Positions 28,330 to 38,486 of a DNA stretch of 64,000 bases are shown here, one piece after another. The notes beneath the pieces were generated by a model. That model was not told where the DNA came from. It was given only the letters and a program-made list of their open reading frames with translations, and searched no databases. The translations under genes were made by a program, and so were the position numbers. Source of the stretch: Candidatus Thorarchaeota archaeon (GTDB taxonomy: Archaea; Asgardarchaeota; Thorarchaeia; Thorarchaeales; Thorarchaeaceae); NCBI GenBank assembly GCA_046482545.1, contig JAWOEX010000010.1, forward strand, positions 96,001 through 160,000. The letters are read 5' to 3'. The stretch's first letter is position 1; each line of letters opens with the position of its first letter.

Positions 28330-29901
28330 CTAACGTTCTCGCAGTTTCGGATTGAGAACCTGGTCCATTGTATGTCCAACAAAGGTAAATGCAAGAGACA
28401 AGGTGGTGATGGCCATACCAGGGAATATCACGAGCCACCATGCGCCATTTGCAAAAGCTCCTGCTGATTGAGCATCAGCCAGCATGCGTCCCCAGCTGGC
28501 TAGACTAGGGTCTGTCAAACCCAAGAAAGCGAGTCCAGATTCTGACAGGATGGCCCCTACCACACCAAGCGTGATGTTTGCAAAGAGAATTGGGGTCACA
28601 TTTGGCAGTATATGGCGGAACATGATATAGGTATCCGATGCACCAATGGCGCGAGCAGACTCAACATATGCTTTGTTCTTTTCTGCAAGGACCTGCGATC
28701 GAATCAACCGAGATGTTCCTGTCCAACCAAGGATTGCAATTACAACGATGATATTCCAGATATCTCTACCCAAAAACGCGGCGAGAACCATCATCAAAGG
28801 TAGACTCGGTATTACAAGCAAGAAGTCTACAACCCTCATGAGAGATTCGTCTACTTTTCCACCGAAGTACCCTGCAACAAGCCCTACAATCACACCGACA
28901 GCAGTAGAAAGTGCCGTAGCTAGTATACCCACAATAAGAGACACTCTAGAACCAAACACTAGCTGACTCCAAGCATCAGCGCCCTTATCAGTAGTTCCAA
29001 GGATTCCGAAGTATTCACCATACACGTACATGCTCATTCTGGTGACAGTTAGATTGACAGAACCAGTATAATCATCCTGAGGTGACTCACCGCCGTAGGA
29101 CAAGAATCTCTTGGTGGGGGCGAGCACACATGCAACTGTCAGCTCATCCGTTGGATCTTCTTGACTGCCTTCTTCTTCTACCATTCCGCCCCAGCCCTCC
29201 AACATGTCCCAATAGCTCAATGAGACTCTTCGGCTTTGGAGATTTGGATTGTAGGGGGGATATGATTGGTAAATTCTCCACCAATTGTCAGAACTGTCTA
29301 CTAAGTAGAGGAAGACCTTAAACATCAGCCCACCTTCATCTTTCTCGGCAAAATCACCCGTGAGTTCAACAGCAAAGTCAAATGTCATGTTAACCCCGCC
29401 GGGTATTTTATTGAACGGCCAGTCTATGCTTTGAGTGAAATAGACGTAGTCATTACAAGCTGGCCCATTCTTGGTATCTAGTGGAAGAGGCGTAGGCCAA
29501 TCCATCGACCCGGGTGTATGGTCCCATCGCAATTCAACCTTGGATTGATTAGGTCCTGAACTGGGCTCATGTCGATAGTCAAATTCATCCGTATTAGTTC
29601 CTTCGACAGTAAACTCTGGTTCTTCGTAGAAGTATGGGTCCGGCATATACTGGCCTGATGTGACTCCTTCAGGGTCAAAAACAGATGCCCATGAGGGAGC
29701 TCTAAAGGTTGGCGCAACTTTATTGTTTATTTTTGGATCGTGTGTGGCGAGATATGGAGCAGAAAACGCCATGCCAACATAGAACACCAGAATGGCAAGC
29801 CCGACGAAGCCTATTTTGTGACGTCGAAACTCTTTCCAGAAGCCCATAAAACTAACATACCAGCTACTGTCTTTCCAACTGGCTTTGTCTTGTTCGGAAA
29901 T
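28330..29901 (-). CDS. dppC: Peptide ABC transporter permease (DppC/OppC) with large extracellular insertion
   Basis: LGTTDKGAD, GSRVSL, YVESARAIGAS, HILPN, NPKLR; possible ATT start at 29901 after GGAGGT (ATG alternative at 29847). Confidence 0.88.
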   Translation of the reverse strand: MSEQDKASWKDSSWYVSFMGFWKEFRRHKIGFVGLAILVFYVGMAFSAPYLATHDPKINNKVAPTFRAPSWASVFDPEGVTSGQYMPDPYFYEEPEFTVEGTNTDEFDYRHEPSSGPNQSKVELRWDHTPGSMDWPTPLPLDTKNGPACNDYVYFTQSIDWPFNKIPGGVNMTFDFAVELTGDFAEKDEGGLMFKVFLYLVDSSDNWWRIYQSYPPYNPNLQSRRVSLSYWDMLEGWGGMVEEEGSQEDPTDELTVACVLAPTKRFLSYGGESPQDDYTGSVNLTVTRMSMYVYGEYFGILGTTDKGADAWSQLVFGSRVSLIVGILATALSTAVGVIVGLVAGYFGGKVDESLMRVVDFLLVIPSLPLMMVLAAFLGRDIWNIIVVIAILGWTGTSRLIRSQVLAEKNKAYVESARAIGASDTYIMFRHILPNVTPILFANITLGVVGAILSESGLAFLGLTDPSLASWGRMLADAQSAGAFANGAWWLVIFPGMAITTLSLAFTFVGHTMDQVLNPKLRER

Positions 29902-30162
29902 AATCGTAACCTCCTTTCTTCAGGAGTAGCAAAGAAACCCGCTGTTATCCCAATTGGAGCACTTGGGTCTCTTGGCACACCTGATGGGTAATGATACTCA
30001 CAAACAACGGCGGGGAGCTTGCCCTAAAAAAAGTGTCTGTCTACGTAGCAAGGGCAAAAAGAAAATGACCCTTTAAGAGTATATGAGTCGGGCATTAGAA
30101 CAAACTTCGGAAGAACGCTACTGAACTGGAACGAATCTTTAAGACTGACTGAAAATCCTGAC

Positions 30163-30483
30163 CTATTCTGCTGTGTGATGCTCGCTCTCACCCAAGAGTT
30201 CAACAAATGGATCCTCTAAATCCTCCTCGGTACACTCCCGCTCGCTCTCTTTTCTTGCCTTAATGATGTCTTTAGTTCTTCTAGAAGACGCCCACAAATC
30301 TGCAAAAACCATACCCACCAAGAATATGCTCAATGTCCCTGCAAAGGCAAGGATGATACCAATGAATCTCAAAGCAGGATGAAGATTAGCAAGTAAGAAA
30401 CCCACTGCAATCAAAATAATCGGAATTAGCAGAATCCGCTTGCGTGGTTCCTCTCTTGTTCTTGGGAATGATTTAACCTTCAT
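30163..30483 (-). CDS. Small membrane protein
   Basis: Two TM helices and a charged tail. Confidence 0.55.
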   Translation of the reverse strand: MKVKSFPRTREEPRKRILLIPIILIAVGFLLANLHPALRFIGIILAFAGTLSIFLVGMVFADLWASSRRTKDIIKARKESERECTEEDLEDPFVELLGESEHHTAE

Positions 30484-30791
30484 CGCTATTCCGGGTTTTT
30501 TGGATTTGTCCTTTTACGGTTTTCGGCCAACGCTCTGAAGCGGCAATCTAACTTCAATCGCGGTAAGTTGTGGTACTAAATGCAGCAGAATAACCATCAT
30601 TCGTTCGATCCTAAAATGAGCTGAACCTGTTTTGCAAATGATCAAAAAAAGCTTCGAACCATAAAGAATAAGTAAAGCACGTACACGACAACTAAAGACA
30701 GCCATCCCATGCTTCAAGAAGAACATATTTAAGAAGTCGAAAGTCCCCCCAACTCGATACGCATAGGGATGTTCCGCCGGAGCGCGACAAT

Positions 30792-31781
30792 ATGACTTTG
30801 TTAGATGTCCGTAATCTACGCATGTATTACCAGACACAAACGGGCTTAGTTAAGGCCGTTGATAATGTCTCGATGGAGTTAGATTCTGGTGAGTCGTTGG
30901 GACTTGCAGGAGAAAGTGGCTGTGGCAAAAGCAGCTTGGCTTATTCCATTATGCAACTCCTTCCGCCAGCAGCGAACATTGTCGGTGGGAATGTCTACTT
31001 CAAAGGCAGTGATTTGCTCAGAAAGTCTGCACAGGAAATGAGGGATATCCGTTGGAAGAACGTAGCAATCGTGTTCCAAGGAGCAATGAATGCCCTTAAT
31101 CCGGTATTTGAAATTGGTGAGCAGATAGCCGAGGCTATTCTGATGCACGAAAACGTTACCGAGGAAGAGGCCCTCGATAGATGTGCCAAGCTCTTTGAAA
31201 TGGTTGGTCTTGATCCTGGAAGAATCCACAACTACCCTCACGAATTTTCTGGAGGTATGAGACAAAGAGCAATGATTGCAATGGCGTTGGCCTGTAACCC
31301 AGACTTGGTTATTGCTGATGAGCCGACAACTGCTCTCGATGTCACGATCCAGGCTCAAATCCTGACACTTATGCAAAAGCTACAGAAGGACCTTGGACTC
31401 TCCCTGATACTCATCACTCACGACCTCAGCGTCATTGCGGAGACATGTGATAAAACAGCAATCATGTACGCAGGGAGACTCGCGGAGTTGGCTGATGTTG
31501 TCTCAGTCTATAAGGATCCCATCCATCCATACACGACGGGATTGGTTGGAGCAATTCCAAGCATGGTAAAGGCTGAGAAAAAGAAGCTAACCTCGATTCC
31601 AGGGATACCCCCTGACCTTGTTAATCCGCCCACCGGTTGCCGTTTTCATCCACGGTGTCCTTATGCTCAGGATATCTGCACGCGAGAAGAACCGACATTT
31701 GATGAAATCGAACCTGGTAGATTCGTACATTGTCACTTTGCTGAGCAGCTCAAAGGTGAACTCAAACTAGATCTTGATTAG
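30792..31781 (+). CDS. dppD: Peptide ABC transporter ATPase (DppD/OppD)
   Basis: [24 protein letters not shown] and GCRFHPRC Fe-S motif. Confidence 0.93.
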   Translation: MTLLDVRNLRMYYQTQTGLVKAVDNVSMELDSGESLGLAGESGCGKSSLAYSIMQLLPPAANIVGGNVYFKGSDLLRKSAQEMRDIRWKNVAIVFQGAMNALNPVFEIGEQIAEAILMHENVTEEEALDRCAKLFEMVGLDPGRIHNYPHEFSGGMRQRAMIAMALACNPDLVIADEPTTALDVTIQAQILTLMQKLQKDLGLSLILITHDLSVIAETCDKTAIMYAGRLAELADVVSVYKDPIHPYTTGLVGAIPSMVKAEKKKLTSIPGIPPDLVNPPTGCRFHPRCPYAQDICTREEPTFDEIEPGRFVHCHFAEQLKGELKLDLD

Positions 31782-31794
31782 GAAGGGTTGATGA

Positions 31795-32841
31795 ATGTCT
31801 ATTGAACAACTCCAAGCAGAAGTCGAAACCGAAGAAGTCAAGAGAGGCGAACCATTAATAGAAGTCCGCAACATGAAGAAATGGTTCCCGGTCAATACGG
31901 GCTTTCTATCGTCACTCCTTTACAAACAAGAGCTCTTCGTGAAGGCAGTGGACGGTGTCACTTTTGACATCAACAAAGGTGAGGTCCTGGTCTTAGCAGG
32001 GGAATCCGGGTGTGGAAAAACAACAGCGGGTAGGACAATACTGTACTTAGACGAACCCACCGATGGCGAAATATTCTATGCAGGTCAGAGACTCTCGACC
32101 TTGGATAGGAACGAGATGAAAGAGCTTAGGAAGCAAATGCAAATCACATTTCAAGACCCTTATGAAGCTCTCAATCCAAAGCAGAATGTATTCAGCATAG
32201 TCAATGAACCGCTTTCGGTACACAAGATTCCATTATCACAAAGCGAAAAAAGAGAGCGGGTGCTTGAAGCACTTGAAAGCGTCGCCATGACACCAGCCGT
32301 GGACTTCATAGACAGGTTCCCACACGAATTGTCCGGTGGACAGCGGCAGCGTGTCTCGGTTGCAAGAGCACTGATTCTGCATCCAGATTTCATGGTTGCA
32401 GACGAGCCGGTATCTATGCTTGACGTATCCATTCGTGCAGAAATCCTCAATCTCCTTCTCAACCTGAGAGAAGAAATGGGTCTCACATACCTATTCATCA
32501 CCCATGACCTTGCTGTCGCAACATACATTGCAGATAGGATTGCAATCATGTACCTTGGAAAAATCATGGAGATAGGCCCTGCTCATGATGTAGCCTTTGA
32601 CCCAATACATCCGTACACCAAGGCCCTTATATCCGCAGTTCCAACAGGCGATCCAACGGTTAAGAAACGGACTGAATCTTTGAAGGGTGAACCTCCAAGT
32701 CCAATCAATGTTCCATCAGGATGCAGATTTCATCCACGGTGTCCTTACGCTCGAGAGATTTGTACCAAGGAAATTCCCGAAGAAAGAGAGATGGATGAAG
32801 ATCATTACGTAGCCTGTCATTTTGCAGGAGAGCTTTGGTAG
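31795..32841 (+). CDS. dppF: Peptide ABC transporter ATPase (DppF/OppF)
   Basis: GESGCGKT, LSGGQRQR, DEPVSMLD and GCRFHPRC motifs. Confidence 0.93.
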   Translation: MSIEQLQAEVETEEVKRGEPLIEVRNMKKWFPVNTGFLSSLLYKQELFVKAVDGVTFDINKGEVLVLAGESGCGKTTAGRTILYLDEPTDGEIFYAGQRLSTLDRNEMKELRKQMQITFQDPYEALNPKQNVFSIVNEPLSVHKIPLSQSEKRERVLEALESVAMTPAVDFIDRFPHELSGGQRQRVSVARALILHPDFMVADEPVSMLDVSIRAEILNLLLNLREEMGLTYLFITHDLAVATYIADRIAIMYLGKIMEIGPAHDVAFDPIHPYTKALISAVPTGDPTVKKRTESLKGEPPSPINVPSGCRFHPRCPYAREICTKEIPEEREMDEDHYVACHFAGELW

Positions 32842-32919
32842 GCAAATCAAGCTCCTGACCAGTCCAAGAAGAAGCCCTTGCTGCCCCAGGTAGTAAGGGG
32901 CAAAGGGAGAGTGTTGCCA

Positions 32920-33357
32920 ATGTCGGATGATTTACCACAAAAAAACATTCTCCGAGCTATCAAGAAATGTCTTTCTGATACCTATGCTCATTTTCAAGAA
33001 GCAATGGATATCCTTGATGAGATTGGGAGGGGTTCGCTTGGCGCTAGTGTGACACCAATTGTTGGGGGATACGCCATGAAGGATCCCAAGGAGAGGTACA
33101 GGAAGGCACTCATCGAAGTTGATGCTGGAGAAAAGAGTCTGCAGCCGCTTGCAAAACGTTTCCATGAAGGGATTGTTAATTCAACCCATTTCGAAGACGA
33201 GACGGCATTGGTTTTGCTCAAGGATATTGTGGATTACGATTACGATATTCTTATCCGAAAGCTAGCTGAGCGGAGGAGTAGAGAAAGCGTATGGTACAGG
33301 CTTGACGAGATGAGCAAGAAAATACGCCAGCTCTTTGAGGAAGTAAGTGACCAATGA
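32920..33357 (+). CDS. Hypothetical alpha-helical protein
   Basis: ATG after GGGAG; helical composition. Confidence 0.6.
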   Translation: MSDDLPQKNILRAIKKCLSDTYAHFQEAMDILDEIGRGSLGASVTPIVGGYAMKDPKERYRKALIEVDAGEKSLQPLAKRFHEGIVNSTHFEDETALVLLKDIVDYDYDILIRKLAERRSRESVWYRLDEMSKKIRQLFEEVSDQ

Positions 33358-33607
33358 ATACTGTTTTAGAAACGTGCCGGTTGCCATAGTTCGAGTTTGG
33401 TTACAGTTTTTTCGTTAATAATTCATCGAAGGGAACTTCGACATTTCACTTCATCAATGGCAAAGCTATAATAGGGTAAATTCAGCCGGTTTTGAGTAAC
33501 AAGAAGCATCTTACTATGAAATGATATATGCTGATAGAATAACTCACACTTGGTTGTCACAAGAATTGCAATGAATGCGCATCTTTGATGCATGGACGTG
33601 AAAATGG

Positions 33608-34516
33608 ATGTTTGAACTATTAACGCAGCCTGTAGTTTCGGGTCTATTACTCATGGGTTTCATTGGTCCCTTAAGTTACAAGTTGGGTTTTGTTGATGTT
33701 TCTGGTTTGATCAGCGCATTTGTTGTTGGATTTACTGTCTGGTATACAGGCGGTCCAGCTGCGTTTACTGTCCTCCTATTCTTCTTTGTCAGTGCCGGAT
33801 TCGCTACCAAGTTCAAATACAAGGCAAAGGCAAAGAAGGGGATAGCGCAAGAATCGAAAGGGAAACGTTCGTACAGAAATGTGTTGGCAAGCGGCATCAT
33901 CCCCATGTTCTTCTCTATTGGAATGTACCTTTCACCTATGTTAGGAATCAACCCGTATTGGATGCTTGGAGGCTTTGTTGGTGCAGTTGGGACAACGTCT
34001 GCTGATACTCTTGCGAGCGAAATAGGAGTGTTCAGTACTCGGAAACCCAGACTCATTACCAATCTCAGGCGCAAAGTTCCAAGTGGGACAATCGGAGCTG
34101 TCTCATTACTCGGAGAAGCTGTAGCAGCTTTCGCAGGTCTTGCTATTGGCATAATAGTAGCTCTTTTTGCAATTATCACCCCTGGTTCCGTCCCTGTTTC
34201 AGGGGTGTTCGAATTAGTTTTGGTCATTCCTCTTGCGGTTCTTACGGCTTTTATCGGATGTAATCTGGACAGTTTCATTGGCGCCGTTGTTCAGGACAAA
34301 TACGTCTGTGAAATCTGTGGAGCGATAACGGACAAGCAATTCCATTGCGACTACGAGACCAAACATATTGGAGGGATCAAGCAGTTTAGTAATATCCATG
34401 TCAATCTTGGCTCGTCTGGCATGGGTGCAACCCTAGGTATTGTTCTAGGAGCGGGACTGTTCATATGGATTCTCGGCGGGCTCTTCTTCTGGATTCTTGC
34501 ATCCTCAAGTAATTAG
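33608..34516 (+). CDS. DUF92 (TMEM19-like) membrane protein
   Basis: R-x3-V-x-A, ADTLASEIG, DSFIGA, CEICG..HC and N-x2-VN motifs. Confidence 0.85.
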   Translation: MFELLTQPVVSGLLLMGFIGPLSYKLGFVDVSGLISAFVVGFTVWYTGGPAAFTVLLFFFVSAGFATKFKYKAKAKKGIAQESKGKRSYRNVLASGIIPMFFSIGMYLSPMLGINPYWMLGGFVGAVGTTSADTLASEIGVFSTRKPRLITNLRRKVPSGTIGAVSLLGEAVAAFAGLAIGIIVALFAIITPGSVPVSGVFELVLVIPLAVLTAFIGCNLDSFIGAVVQDKYVCEICGAITDKQFHCDYETKHIGGIKQFSNIHVNLGSSGMGATLGIVLGAGLFIWILGGLFFWILASSSN

Positions 34517-34670
34517 GTGCTTCTCATCACTCCATATACTTTGCATTTTCGATAAGCTATTCTCGCCAAGAAAATCCGGACTTTCAGGCCTGACACAACA
34601 CTTAACGGTATCAGGATGCAAGAATTGGATTGATTCAGTTATCGGTATTGCTGAAAGAAGGAAAGAACCA

Positions 34671-35441
34671 ATGGCACATACGAAAACATACGAATGGGCA
34701 CTCACAGGCATCTTTGCGGCCTTTCAGCTTGTTCTCTCGATGGTTCCACTCTATCTCTTAGGAATGGGAGGGGGCTTCATTTCATGGGGTCTTGTCTCTG
34801 CACCAATTATCGGGTTTTTACTCGGTCCGTTCTATGGACTGCTTGCCGTCATGATTGGTTCTATTCTTGGGACCTTGTTTTTTAACATCGGAGGTATTCT
34901 GGGGCCCATAATCCCAATCTTCGCACCAATGGCTAGTGCCTTAGTGGCAGGAAGTATCCGTTTCAAAAGATATCATGTTGTCACTGGTGTCTTCATTCTG
35001 GGCCTAGCAATATACCTCCTCGGTCCGATAGGTCTTGTCACAGCACCATATCTCTGGCTTCACACAATCGCTGCATTTTTGTCAATTTTAGTGCTCACCC
35101 CGGTGATTTCGCATAAATTTGACAGGATACTCGAACCTACCGAATGTGGAACCAAAGGCAAATCCTCTGTGTTCGTGTGGTTAACGGGTTTCTTGGCCCT
35201 GATGGCAGATCACCTCGTTGGAGCCACTATGTCTCAATACTACTTCATCTACGTGTTGGAAATGGAAACAAACCCTCTTGCCGCGTCTTACTTGGCTACC
35301 ATTTTCATCTATCCAATCGAGAGAATCTTGGCATCCATCATCGTTGGATTTGTGCTCATTCTTCTCAGAGTTGGCATCTCATACGGTAGCATTCCCCTGC
35401 CGGAAATCCTAGGGAACAATGGCACTCAGATTGACTGCTAG
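34671..35441 (+). CDS. ECF transporter S-component-like membrane protein
   Basis: ALTGIFAA...PIIGFLLGPFYG pattern; about 7 TM helices. Confidence 0.6.
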   Translation: MAHTKTYEWALTGIFAAFQLVLSMVPLYLLGMGGGFISWGLVSAPIIGFLLGPFYGLLAVMIGSILGTLFFNIGGILGPIIPIFAPMASALVAGSIRFKRYHVVTGVFILGLAIYLLGPIGLVTAPYLWLHTIAAFLSILVLTPVISHKFDRILEPTECGTKGKSSVFVWLTGFLALMADHLVGATMSQYYFIYVLEMETNPLAASYLATIFIYPIERILASIIVGFVLILLRVGISYGSIPLPEILGNNGTQIDC

Positions 35442-35501
35442 TTGCAAAGGCGTAAGGCATTACTGGAGCAACGCCTAGACCTATTTGGTAGTTCAACAGA
35501 T

Positions 35502-36356
35502 TCACAAGTTCTGTCCGCCGATTTCGTCCTTCTTTCTCAAGTTCAGAATTAACCACATTACTACTAAGCCAATAAGAAAAGCCGGAATGGTGGTAAGACC
35601 CCACTCAATCTGAAGAATTGCTGGATTTTCAACCGGTTCTGCAGGAAAGACCGGGAAGGCAATATATGCAATCATATTCCATGCGAAATGAAATCCTGCT
35701 GGTGCCCATAATCGTTTTCCCGACAGGAAGAATCCGAGACTCAAAACAACGCCACCGAGGAACAGGTTGAAAGTGAACAACAGCGTAAGATGCAAAGGTA
35801 TACTTCCTAGCGGTGTCCACCAGCTATAATGAAGCAAAGAAAACGCGATGGAACTCAGAATGATTCCAAATCGCTTGCCTCCGCCAAGCTTGGAAGCTCT
35901 GGTGAGGAGGTAGCCGCGGTAGACCAATTCTTCCACGTAAGATACGAGCACCGTGACAACTGCATTGCCCGTCACCAGAGCAAGGGTAATTTCCGATAGG
36001 GAGCGTAAATCCCCCCCGAACAGGAGAGCAAGAAGAACTGTTAGACCTGAACCTACGATTCCCCCGGTAAGACCCACCATCAGACCATGAGCAGTTTCAT
36101 CGTCTATGTCCCCACCAAGGTCACCTATGGATGTGTTACTCTCCCATCGCAAGAATATAAGAACCGTAGCGTACATCAGCGGATATACAAGCAAGGAGAG
36201 AAGTGATGCAACCATCTGTCCACTCTCGGTGCCTACAATGAGCCGACTAGCCGCATTTGGCAGTTCAATCAGGACAAACATCACGGTGATAAACAGAACT
36301 ACCTGCAGCGTTCTCTGTAGTTGCTCTTGTTTCAAAGACAGACCCGGCGAGAGCAA
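35502..36356 (-). CDS. CPBP (CAAX/Rce1/Abi) intramembrane metalloprotease
   Basis: EELVYRG, FSLLH and H-x3-N (FHFAWN) motifs. Confidence 0.88.
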   Translation of the reverse strand: MLSPGLSLKQEQLQRTLQVVLFITVMFVLIELPNAASRLIVGTESGQMVASLLSLLVYPLMYATVLIFLRWESNTSIGDLGGDIDDETAHGLMVGLTGGIVGSGLTVLLALLFGGDLRSLSEITLALVTGNAVVTVLVSYVEELVYRGYLLTRASKLGGGKRFGIILSSIAFSLLHYSWWTPLGSIPLHLTLLFTFNLFLGGVVLSLGFFLSGKRLWAPAGFHFAWNMIAYIAFPVFPAEPVENPAILQIEWGLTTIPAFLIGLVVMWLILNLRKKDEIGGQNL

Positions 36357-36576
36357 TACAAAGCCATCCTAAATCTGTTTTCCAATACCTCTCTTAGTGG
36401 AGTGACAACCAATAGACAGGAAATGGAAATAGGAACTATATTTATCAATAATGTTGAAACTATAATAAGTAAGCAAAATAGTGACAAACAAAATACAATC
36501 ATAAGGCCCGATACAAACATAAGGTCGAGCCATGAATTCAACACAAGGAGTTACGCATTGCTGTTGAAAGCCCGAG

Positions 36577-37956
36577 GTGAGGAGAACCTTGAATACAAGA
36601 AGCCTTCTACTAGAGTTCAAAATTGAAGAAGTCGGAAGGCAGGCACGCAAAGATGCTTCCGTCAGAGAAGACTTGCTGCGCGCATTTGAGGATTCATCCG
36701 AAATTGTTAGAGAAAGGGCATTACTTGCAGCCATCGAGCTGACCGACCCTGCCATCGTCAAGGAAGCAAAGAATCTTCTTGATGATGAGAACGAGGATGT
36801 AAAGATAGCAGCAGCTCAAGTTCTGGCTTGGTACCATCAGCCTCGGACAATTCCGAATTTGCTGGAAGGTCTCAAGGATTCGAGTACGTGGGTACGATCG
36901 CATTGCGCCAAAGGCCTTTCCAAACTACTTCCTGGACCTATTTGGGCGAGGGTTGAAAAAGATCGAATTGATACTTTGCTTGCTGATTTCCCGGACATGA
37001 GCGAAGAAGAAATCAGGATGTTTCTTACGGAAATTGGACTTACTTCTCTGGCAATTGAAGATTATCTCAGATGGCGAGATGAAGATTTCGATATTGATAT
37101 CGATTTGAGCTCCTTTATCGATGAACTGGAAGGAAAACCAATTATCTTGGAAGGAGTCTCTGATGTTGAGGCAGAAATTGAGGCCAAAGGGCTTGCACCT
37201 GCTGAAACAAGAGAAGGCATCTCTAAGGAAGTCGCTAAGATAATTGACGAGCTACCCACTCATGTGCGAGAATCACTTCCCATAGAGGAATTGAGGAGAC
37301 TAACACCCGAAACTGCGAGAGAATTGGTTGACTCATTGAAATCAAAAGTGCCGGCCGAAGAAGAACTCGAAGCTGAAACCAAGGTGAGCCTTGATGATAT
37401 TCAAGGAGTCGGACCTAATATCAACGCGGGGCTCAGAGATGCAGGATACGTTTCAGTCGAAGACCTTGCACAAGCAGACCCCAAGGCGGTTTCTGAAGAA
37501 GTCAATGGCATCAGTGAAGAAAGCGCTAAGGATATAATTTCAGCAGCAAAATCAAATCTTCCACCTCCAAAGAAGAAAAGGGTTCGGCGTGTCAGGAAGG
37601 TCAAAACGGTTAGAAGCAAAAAGAAACGGGAAGCACTTCTTGAGCGCATACCAGCAGAAGTACGGGAAGCAATGGAACCGGAAGAACTGGAAAAACTCTC
37701 TGCTGATGAATTAGAAGCCATTGCCCTTTCAACTTCAGGAATAACTGAGGAACCAGCTCAGATTACTACAGACGATGAAAATACAATCAGCAGTGAAGAG
37801 GATACATCCAGACTGGAAGAGTTGACAAACAAATATGGAAAGGAGAAAGCAGATCTTCTGGCTCTTATTCCAGCTGAGATGCTTGCCGATATTCCTGAAG
37901 ATCAAATAGAGGAAATGGATCTTGAGACGATTCGAAGCCTAACACAAGCACTTTAG
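36577..37956 (+). CDS. HEAT-repeat protein with HhH domain
   Basis: D-x3-VR/K-x2-A HEAT repeats; IQGVGP...AGY.SVEDLA...NGISEE HhH; basic KKKRVRRVRKVK patch. Confidence 0.75.
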   Translation: MRRTLNTRSLLLEFKIEEVGRQARKDASVREDLLRAFEDSSEIVRERALLAAIELTDPAIVKEAKNLLDDENEDVKIAAAQVLAWYHQPRTIPNLLEGLKDSSTWVRSHCAKGLSKLLPGPIWARVEKDRIDTLLADFPDMSEEEIRMFLTEIGLTSLAIEDYLRWRDEDFDIDIDLSSFIDELEGKPIILEGVSDVEAEIEAKGLAPAETREGISKEVAKIIDELPTHVRESLPIEELRRLTPETARELVDSLKSKVPAEEELEAETKVSLDDIQGVGPNINAGLRDAGYVSVEDLAQADPKAVSEEVNGISEESAKDIISAAKSNLPPPKKKRVRRVRKVKTVRSKKKREALLERIPAEVREAMEPEELEKLSADELEAIALSTSGITEEPAQITTDDENTISSEEDTSRLEELTNKYGKEKADLLALIPAEMLADIPEDQIEEMDLETIRSLTQAL

Positions 37957-38102
37957 GTACTTATGAATAGCTAACGCAAAGTACTTCTAAGATAAGACAT
38001 ACATTGCGTAAGCAATACTATTTTAGGTGAATCTGATGTATTTGGGAAGTGAATCGGAGCACTTTCTGAAATACTATTTCACATATCCAGTTGGTGTTAG
38101 AT

Positions 38103-38486
38103 ATGAGCGAGAGCGAAACTCAGATTGCTATCGAGTTCGAAGACGGGACGACACTCAACGGCATACTCGATAGGGTAAGAGGGCCTATGATTACCGAGGA
38201 AATCATCTCACGTCTCCCAATCCAAACGAGAGCTGCGATGATTAGAGGGGAAATGAGAATGAATCTGGATATCGGTAAGGGAAATATCAAACCAACGAAG
38301 GAAGTAGCACGGGGAGACATTGCATATATGCCACTGGGGGATTCACTTGTGATTTATCTTGAGGACTCCAGAACATTCAGCAAGGTTAATGTAATTGGCA
38401 CCATAGAACCCAGCAGTCACAACAAATTGGATAAGCTAAGAGAGATAAGAAGGGGGAGTCAGGTTGTCTTAAGAACCCCTTCTTAG
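38103..38486 (+). CDS. Cyclophilin-like fold protein (DUF369/UPF0288-like)
   Basis: LPI...EV-x2-GDIAYMPLG.SLVIY...VNVIG pattern. Confidence 0.7.
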   Translation: MSESETQIAIEFEDGTTLNGILDRVRGPMITEEIISRLPIQTRAAMIRGEMRMNLDIGKGNIKPTKEVARGDIAYMPLGDSLVIYLEDSRTFSKVNVIGTIEPSSHNKLDKLREIRRGSQVVLRTPS

